DNA of 39,764 nucleotides from Tubiluchus corallicola (lineage: Eukaryota > Animalia > Priapulida): positions 1 through 39,764 of the forward strand of contig JAQGDQ010001464.1 in assembly GCA_030141605.1 (NCBI GenBank), in the 5' to 3' direction. The notes below the pieces were generated by a model. That model was not told the DNA's origin, made no database searches, and saw nothing but the letters and a program-made list of their open reading frames with translations. Position 1 is the first letter of the stretch. The number at the start of each line of letters is the position of its first letter. Shown here piece by piece: positions 12,701-21,700 of this stretch. A program made the position numbers and the translations under genes.

Positions 12701-15700
12701 AAATTACAGTAATATTTGTTATTTTTGTGAAGTAATGTTAAGATGCTAACATTCTCTGATGTGAAGTATCACAGTATGAGTGTTCATTCAGTCCAGCATA
12801 TAATGAAAGATTATTTCTTTACATATTCGTATTGTAGACGACTCTTTAGCAACATCTCCCAAAAACATATCGTAAGTATAAGTCGACCCAAAAATTTCAC
12901 CTTAAAATCGCCTCCCAAGAATTCGACTTGTACGTAAGCATATACGGTATATATATATTATACATATTATATGATATTTAATTGTTAGGAAATTGGAGAT
13001 ATATTGAGGAAATCATTTCTTTTGTACCAAGATGTACATATGAGCTATTTACTATGATAAATTATACAAATATAAATTTATAGCACAAAGATGAGTAGTA
13101 CTATAAAAATGACAAAATACTGACAAAGGTTGACAAAGTTGATGAGAAATTTGAAAAGCTGAGCCCACACTTTCCACAAGTAATGCAATTCAATGAACTA
13201 AAAGAGGAAGAAATTAATTTGCTTGCACAGGTAACAGAAGCCGTACCTAAGTGGCCTATGTGGAAAGAAACTGGCGCACTCTCAACATCGCTTTCCGCAT
13301 CTTTGATGGAGACAGCACTTGCTGAGTCAAAATCTAAAAATGAAAAGATACCAAGTTGTAGTAACAGTAAACTCTCACTGATGCTTACAATTGTAAGCAC
13401 AAATAAACATCATTGTATAGAATCATTTTTAACACTTTGACACATTGTAAGATGGAATCCATAAACTGCAATACAATTTGTTAAACCGTCTCTCACAAAA
13501 AAACAAATTTTTGCTGCATCACTAGAACTTAATGTTACAATTTCTCAATAAACCTTTCAACGTGTAACAAACTGACCTGGTTTGAACTGATCAGATTTCA
13601 CTGAAGGTTGCTTTATTATTCCTGGACGTCTTTGCTTTTCTGGAGTCTAAAAAAATGAAATTTTTCTAACCTATACACATTTCAAAACAACACCTGCAAC
13701 ATTTACCTAGTTTGGCGTGTTAAAGGAAAGGTCAAGATTTTTGCAAAGTTAGGCTTATTTCAATGTTGGAAATAAATGTTAGAAGGATTTAGTAATAAAA
13801 GTGCGATGAGCACCTCGTGTAATTAGTAAAATCATTTCAAACTCACAGGCTTTCCTATTTTCAATGCCAATTCTTCTTCCAATGACGTCATTCATCTTGA
13901 AGAAAGGCAGCGCACTTTCAATTTCCGTCAAAGTTTTTACAAAAAATTTAACAGTCATTTTTGCGACATTTTTGTATGAACGTAAAGTAAGCTGAAGAAG
14001 CATGAATTAGTTTAATCAGCGTGCGATGTCGGAAGGTCACGACGCGCTTATGAAAAGTCACAAATTCAACCAAATAACATTATAATCTTTACAGCACAAG
14101 AAAACCCTCCACTTACATAAAGTTTAAAAAATTTGTCTAGAAATTTTATACCACTTACATATTACCTTTTCGTTTGCATGGCTTGCATCGGCCGTAACAC
14201 TGTATAGAAAGTGTAAATTTAAACTCCCGCGGTGACCGTTAGGCGCAGCCATCTTAATGGTAGGTCGTTTGAAACACGTTTTGATAACATTAAGTAAAGT
14301 TTGAAAAAATAATCAGAACATTCATAGCATACATGTTGTTAATTAAGTAAAATTTTAAATTACTGTATCTTGTCAATAAGATTAAAAATACGTTTTTGGC
14401 TAGTGAGTGGCGCACCCTGGAGGGTGAGTCAGCGACATTATACCAATTGGCACAAACATTTTAAATTATCAAGTCTAGTTACATAAGTCTTCCCAGCAGG
14501 TAAGTGAAATGCTAAGTAATATAGATTTGTACGGAAAGTTTTTTGGATCATAATTTAACATTTCCTTCCTTCTCCTGATTTACGTGTTTTAGTGACGTCA
14601 TGTAATGGCGCCGTCGGAACAGTATTGCAGGAGATTTAAAATGAAAACAAACGAAAATTCCTTTCAAACAAACGAATGCGATATGTGCATAAAATTGCTG
14701 TAAAGTAATATAATTTTAATGAAATTTTTCTGAAACCTACTTCAGGTGCCCCTTTTCTTGTCCTTTAAGTGAATGGCAGCTACAACCGCACTTCAAAGTT
14801 TCTATACAGCAGTTCCATAAATTAACTCTATCCTTTATAGACTGTCTTTTTTTGGAAATTTCTTAGTTATATTCTTCCAAGTTTAAGTGATCACAGTAAA
14901 ATAAACCCAACATGCTAAACGAGTTGCCTTTTCCTTTAAACACATCTCACTAAGAATAGTAAAATGATGGAACTTCACCAAAATAAACATTTAATATGAA
15001 CAATAAAACAAAAGCGTTACCGATTTCTCTACAGCATCTGGTTTCAAAATGTCTGTGTCACTTCCCACGTAAAACAAAGTGACAGGCTTCTCAGCTTCAT
15101 TAATGGCTTCAACTGACAATGAAGGAACAGATTCCACATCTTCTACTGGAACGTCAGCTTGCTTTTCTCTTGGCTCAGGTATCAGACTTGCCTTTTCCTC
15201 TTTCTCGGCTGTTCTGTCGCCATAGCTACGATCGGGCGTTCGTTTAGGCAACAAAGGAGATGATTTCTTTCGGTCGACGCTGGGAGTCGTTGCATCAGAT
15301 TTCTCGGTGGGCATCTCACCGGAAGAAGGACGCTTCTGTGAAAGGCATAAGACACGTTACTTAGAATTATGACAAGTGTGTACAGAAATAATCTAAGAGT
15401 GACTATTTTAAGTAGCAAAAATGAGCACCTAGTAGAGAAAATAAACTAAACGTTTGAAAACAAATTTGTAATATTAATGATTTTAATGACAAACTAATGC
15501 AACTGTCTAATATTAGATTCACTATCTTCAACCCTCAACCCAGTAACTACTGCACCCTCAACCCAGTAACTACTGTACCCTCAAGCCAGTAACAACTGTA
15601 CCCTCAACCCAGTAACTACTGTACCCCCAAGCCAGTAACTAATGTACCCTCAAGCCAGTAACTACTGTACCCTCAACCCAGTAACTACTGTACCCTCAAG

Positions 15701-18700
15701 CCAGTAACTACTGTACCCTCAACCCAGTAACTACTGTACCCCCAAGCCAGTAACTAATGTACCCTCAACTCAGTAACTACTGTACCCTCAACCCAGTAAC
15801 TACTGTACCCTCAACCCCGTAACTAATGTACCCTCAACCCCGTAACTACTGTATCCTCAAGCCAGTAACTACTGTACCCTCAACCCAGTAACAACTGTAC
15901 CCTCAACCCAGTAACTACGGTACCCTCAACCCAGTAACTACTGCACCCTCAACCCAGTAACTACTGTACCCTCAACACCAGTAGCTACTGTACCCTCAAC
16001 TCTTTTTGAACTTGATAAATACAATAACGAGGCAGCAAACTGTAAAAAGTAAATGTAGTACACCTTTGCAACCTTTGCAGAGTCTGGAGCAGTTTTGCCG
16101 CCATGTTCACTTTCACTCTGCCTCTTTTTTCTCTTGTGTTTGGCATGTTTGTGATGATCATGGATGGGTTTCATGGGCTGATGATGATGAAGATGCTCTT
16201 TTCTGTGACCTGAAACACATTTGCATCAATGAAAGCACGATAATAAATTGCACGTTGAATGTAATAATTATCATAATAATTTAATGATACAACACAAATA
16301 TATATTTATATACTGTAAAATAAAACACAACACAAAAATTTTGCTTAAGTTCATGACACATATTTAACTAATTTACGGAATAAAGTCATTTTTTTATAGA
16401 TTTCTATTTTTTACAAAACCCTAGATCAAGTTTAATCACTCATAGTAGCATTTTAACCAAAATATTAGTTACAACCGGAACTTAATAAATTTGTTATATG
16501 TATGTAAAAAAGAGCATTTCAAATGTGATCTTTAGCTTATATTATGAAACTACTTGATATACCATTACAGCCATTTTAGCATCCAATGCTGAGAAACAGA
16601 AAATGTCAAACAAAACATGTACTAACAGTTTCTTCACAAAATCTGCATCGAAAAGAACTTTTTGTCGAAAAGATGCAATTTTTAGAAAAAGTGATCAGCA
16701 GCATCTTAAACCACTAAACACTGCAGATGCATGTGAAGTCTATTTGATGATGTGTAAGAAATAAACTCAACTGAACAGAACAACACTGCAGATGCTTGTG
16801 AAGTCTATTTGATGATGTGTAAGAAATAAACTCAACTGAACAGAACAACACTGCCGATGCTTGTGAAGTCTATTTGATGATGTGTAAGAAATAAACTCAA
16901 CTGAACAGAACAACACTGCAGATGCATGTGAAGTCTATTTGATGATGTGTAAGAAATAAACTCAACTGAACAGAAGAACACTGCAGATGCTTGTGAAGTC
17001 TATTTGATGATGTGTAAGAAATAAACTCAACTGAACAGAACAACACTGCGTGTGTGGTATTTGATGATGTGTAAGAAATAAACTCAACTGAACAGAAAAC
17101 ACTGCAGATGCATGTGAAGTCTATTTGATGATGTGTAAGAAATAAACTCAATTGAACAGAACAACACTGCAGATGCTTGTGAAGTCAATTTGATGATGTG
17201 TAACAAATAAACTCAACTGAACAGAACAAGTTTTGATTAAGAAATTAAGAACAGTTAACTTTCAAACGATGAACATGTACACACTACTATTGTAGAATCT
17301 TTCTATTACACAAGTAGCCATCATGAAGTGAAGAAGGATGTAAATTCTACACTTATATACACGTTGCACACGGTCTTATTTGAGTGCAATAATTGAATAA
17401 AATGAAACATTTCTGGGAAAAATCCTGGTTCCTAGTAATACAAATCATAAATCAATTTACTTAATTCTTTTATCTCGACCACCTTAAAAAGCAAACAAGA
17501 ACTACCATTCAGCCAGCTAAAGGAAAGATAATTTTATTGTTTTTTCAACGGGAGGGAAATGTCTACGAGGAAAATGAGTTGTACAGTTGCCCTGCGGTCA
17601 ATCGTGAAACTATTCTTATGTAAACATACACCTGCCCATAAACCTGCTTTCTACTGTTTATGCAAGACTAGTATACCTGTATCTACAGACATTACAGTCA
17701 ATTAATATTCGCAAGAGATAATGAGGATATTCGTGAATTTTATAAATTTCTGTCATAAAATTTTATGATCTCCGAAATTATTGCTGAAATTAAAACTGTT
17801 AAACAGCTTGTGTACATTGCTAGCAAAATCCAACCCTGGTTTATGGTAACATATCGTTTGCACACAGCCCAAAATATGTACTAATATCGCCTCCTGCGCG
17901 TATTCATAAGATATGATATGATATAGTGTTTGTATACATTCAGCTTGTAGCTAAGTATCGACAAATATCATAACTACTCGCAACGGTCTCAAAGTTCAAG
18001 AAAAACTCGGTTAAAAACACACATCAAAAAACAAAAATCCTACACAGTTCTCCTAATATGCTCAAATGTTTACTCGTTACGTGAGAAACGTGGCATATAG
18101 AACGCCAGTTAATGAGTCGCTGTAGTTATAAGTAATATAACATTATTATTATTATTGGACTCTATTGAAAACACTGACAATAATAATTTATTACTCAAGA
18201 ATCTTCCAGAATGTAATCCATTCTCATGCAAAACAATTGCAAAGTTGAAAAGATTAAAACTTTTAGCTACAGATTTAACAAAGCATGTAGGATCATAAGG
18301 AAAAGAAATGTCAGTCTCATCTTCTGTATGTATGACCACTTTAATACATCATTGCACGGCAATTTTATCTAGATTCATTTTTCGGTGTGAACAAAGCTTA
18401 ACAACTACATTAAATCATAGACAACATACCAGCAATATCATCCTCCGTGAAATGTGCAGCTGCAGCTGCTTCCGGTGGAGGTTCGTCTGGCCTCTCCAAA
18501 AGGTCAAATCTCGCTGGAGGCACAAATAACTTAGCGATGTCATCACTCGTGGTAACAAATGGATCATCTAATTGCTTAGCATCACTTTCCTGTCAAACAA
18601 TAAATCGTTATGTAGTATATCAAGCTATTAAGAAAATATTAAACTAACAAAGACACATACGCTCTACATTTAAGACAATAATACTGCTAAATCATTGGCT

Positions 18701-21700
18701 ACCAAGTAACGTACACTAAAGCCTCACAAATTTGTGTTGCACTCTATACGTTCAGTTTGAGTTATGTTAAATTACGAAAGATTAATACAGTTATGTACTA
18801 CACTACATTGGGTCCAGATTAATACAGCTATGTACTACACTACCTTGTGGTCCAGACAATTTTTGGTGATCAGAAAAAAATGGCAGAAAGTCATAGAGAG
18901 AAGAAACATAAATGACTTGGACTTTAGTTAACAAAAGATGGTGGAAGAGCGAATGAATACAATAATGATGAAGTGGATAACTAGTGAACTAAAGTAAAAC
19001 TTCAACTTAGTTTGAAATCATTTAAGTAGAGAAACAATTTGTTAACTTTGCATAGCTAGCAGATTATTTCATTTTTTCACACAGTACAAACTTGATAAGT
19101 TTTCTGAGGTACAGTTAAACTTATTATATAAAACATACTAAATGTGTTTCATGCCACAGAAAGTTTTATTAACTGTTGCTTATGGGTCAAATTAATTATG
19201 TTGCTAATTTAAAGTGAATAAAAAAACATCAATAAACAATGGCAAAGTCCTGCCAATGGGCCAATCATATCATGTGGCTGATCTATAACTATTTATAGGG
19301 ATTTACTCAGCATAAGTAATAACACAAATGTTTGATTTCGTTACATAATTATAATCTGTTCTTAGTTTAATTATGTGTGGCTACTTGTTACAATTACTGA
19401 CTGTGTCAATTATAAAACTGCTAGTTCTTATTACAGTCGACCCTCGTTAAACTGGACCCCGTTAGCCGGGATATCGGATAAGACGGACGTCATCCGTGAT
19501 AAAGGAAACTGACTGATTTCCGTGCGAGCCGGAGCGCTAAACACAACACGGCCTACCAACTGTACAATAATTTCTTTATCCTCACAGGTTAACTATTTTA
19601 AAGCAATATACAGTATAGTATATAGTGCACAGTATATAGTGCTATGTATATAGGCCTTATTAAGGTGATTATTCCTGTAATATAGACCATATATAGGCAT
19701 ATCGTATAAATCGTACAATCGGCTAAACCGGACCACCCACCCACCCCCAATTAGTCCGGTTTAACGAGGGTTGACTGTAGTATTATTCTTTCTTTACACT
19801 ATTATATAGCTTATTACTGCCACTGCAACATTACACTCTGTTAACATTCGTTTTATTGTTAACGATGATGATTTGCTACTATTATAATTTTTTGCATTTT
19901 CTGCTCCTGCTGTAATAATGCTAATGATTAGTTTTCATAATTTGTTTATTTTACCAATGTTAATCAAATTTATCGGCTAAAATTTTCCGCAATTTGAATG
20001 TTTTACTGAGTTTATCAAAGATTAAAATTTCTGTTGTTTCTGCCGTGTATCATTGATATATTATATCTGTAGATTTTTTTTATCTATTGTACATGAATCA
20101 TATTTCTTGCTGTTGAATGCTTAATTCCAGTCAATAACAATACTCAAAGATGCTGTTACTAATATCACAAACTTAAACTATTAGTACTTGGATTGGTGAC
20201 CGGCTAGGAATACCAGGTGCTGTAGGCTTGCGGGATGCCCACACTGTATCTCGACACTAAACAGAGGAGCTTGTCCAACGACTAGAGGGCGGAGGAGGTC
20301 AAGTGACCCAACGGCCATGTGTAGAGGAGTAAACCTTCCAAATCAGGAGTGGAGCCCCGAAGGCGGACCAGTGCAGCATGCTCAGTGACTCCGGCAGCTC
20401 CTGCAGCCAACCTGGTGCCAAACGTGTCGCTCTGCTTTCCTTTGGACTACACCAGGGAGAGGGGGTTCCTGTTGTCTGGGCAACTCAGGATCTCCATATA
20501 CCTTGCCCAGGCGTGCGCCCTGGAGACGTTCAAGGATCGGACTGCTCAGCCACAGTCGATGCTGCAGCTCCATCAATGTGATCAATAACTGACTCTCTTG
20601 GCGCACACCCCATTGTCTTCCGAAACAGAAGGATGCCAACAACAACAACAGACTATTATAATAGTATTTAGAGTGAAGGGCGGATGCTCAGTGACTGTAA
20701 CTCCATCTCCATTCTGTATCTCTTTTTAAGTATTAATCATTACTAACACTTTTTATTCGTTTGCAGAGACAAATAAATATAAATAGAATTGATTTACTGA
20801 GAAAATTCTACTGTAAATTAATGAAAAAAACCTGCTATACCAAAGATAACCAATGAAAGCATAGCACCAGCATACATTCATCAGTTTATGACTGGCTCAA
20901 TTCATAACTACAATACAGAGTAAATTATGTGACTTCTAGTGAAATTCGATTCATTTCTAAGTAATTCATTGCAATTCAAATACTGCCAAAAATTAAAAAA
21001 ATGAAAATGGTAAAACATGTTTAGTCGTGCTCTGGCAATGTTCAAATAGAAGCAGACACGGTGAAAAAGACTGCATATTGCCCACATACAAACATCATTT
21101 CTTGATCTTGCACTATTTCATGGATGCTAGCAAAACTTGTCTTCCTCTGATAGTGCGTTTCCTCACTTTCGGGTCCCAGCATCTTCGGAGGAGCACTAAG
21201 TTGCCGTTTCAAAGACATTTTAACACACTAACAGCAAACAACTCAACATAGGAGCTCAGATCAACATAGAATTTAACAAGTATGAAGCTCAGAACACTGT
21301 TAAACACATTCCTGCAAAGGCATTTATTCACTACAAAAACAATTCCACAAGGGCAATCTGGTATCATCACAAAAGAAAAAAACCGAGCAATGTTTTTCAA
21401 ACTTTGAACAGGTTACTGTATACCTAATTCTCGTACAAATAAAGTAAAGATAACGACGCTAAACCCAACAGCTAGTGCTCAGTAAAAATTCATTAGCACG
21501 ACTGGTACAGAACATGACATAATGCAGTAAGGCGTGTCATGCTGTTACGGTGTTTGCATACAATGAGAGAGAAAGTATGTGGAGTCCAGGTAAAGAGAAG
21601 GTTAACACTTTCTTATCAATGGATAGTAAGTGGAGAGTTTAAAAAAATGTGACATACATCGTATAATAGGTACGTAAAAGATCTAGTAAACAGCAGCATT

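Noticed and set aside
1-17229. Repeat arrays as CRISPR
   Set aside because: Units are head-to-tail with no unique spacers, there are no cas genes, and the context is eukaryotic introns.
16717-17229. TGATGA and CTGA in each 65-bp unit as a C/D snoRNA cluster
   Set aside because: Antisense to the host gene, boxes only ~20 nt apart, no terminal stems or recognisable rRNA guide.
20181-20229. Functional 5S rRNA gene
   Set aside because: Only the 3' ~50 nt are present, with several substitutions, no oligo-T terminator, and fusion to a SINE body.
20349-20648. Three short ORFs in a GC-rich patch
   Set aside because: They lie within the SINE body; GC richness explains the lack of stops.
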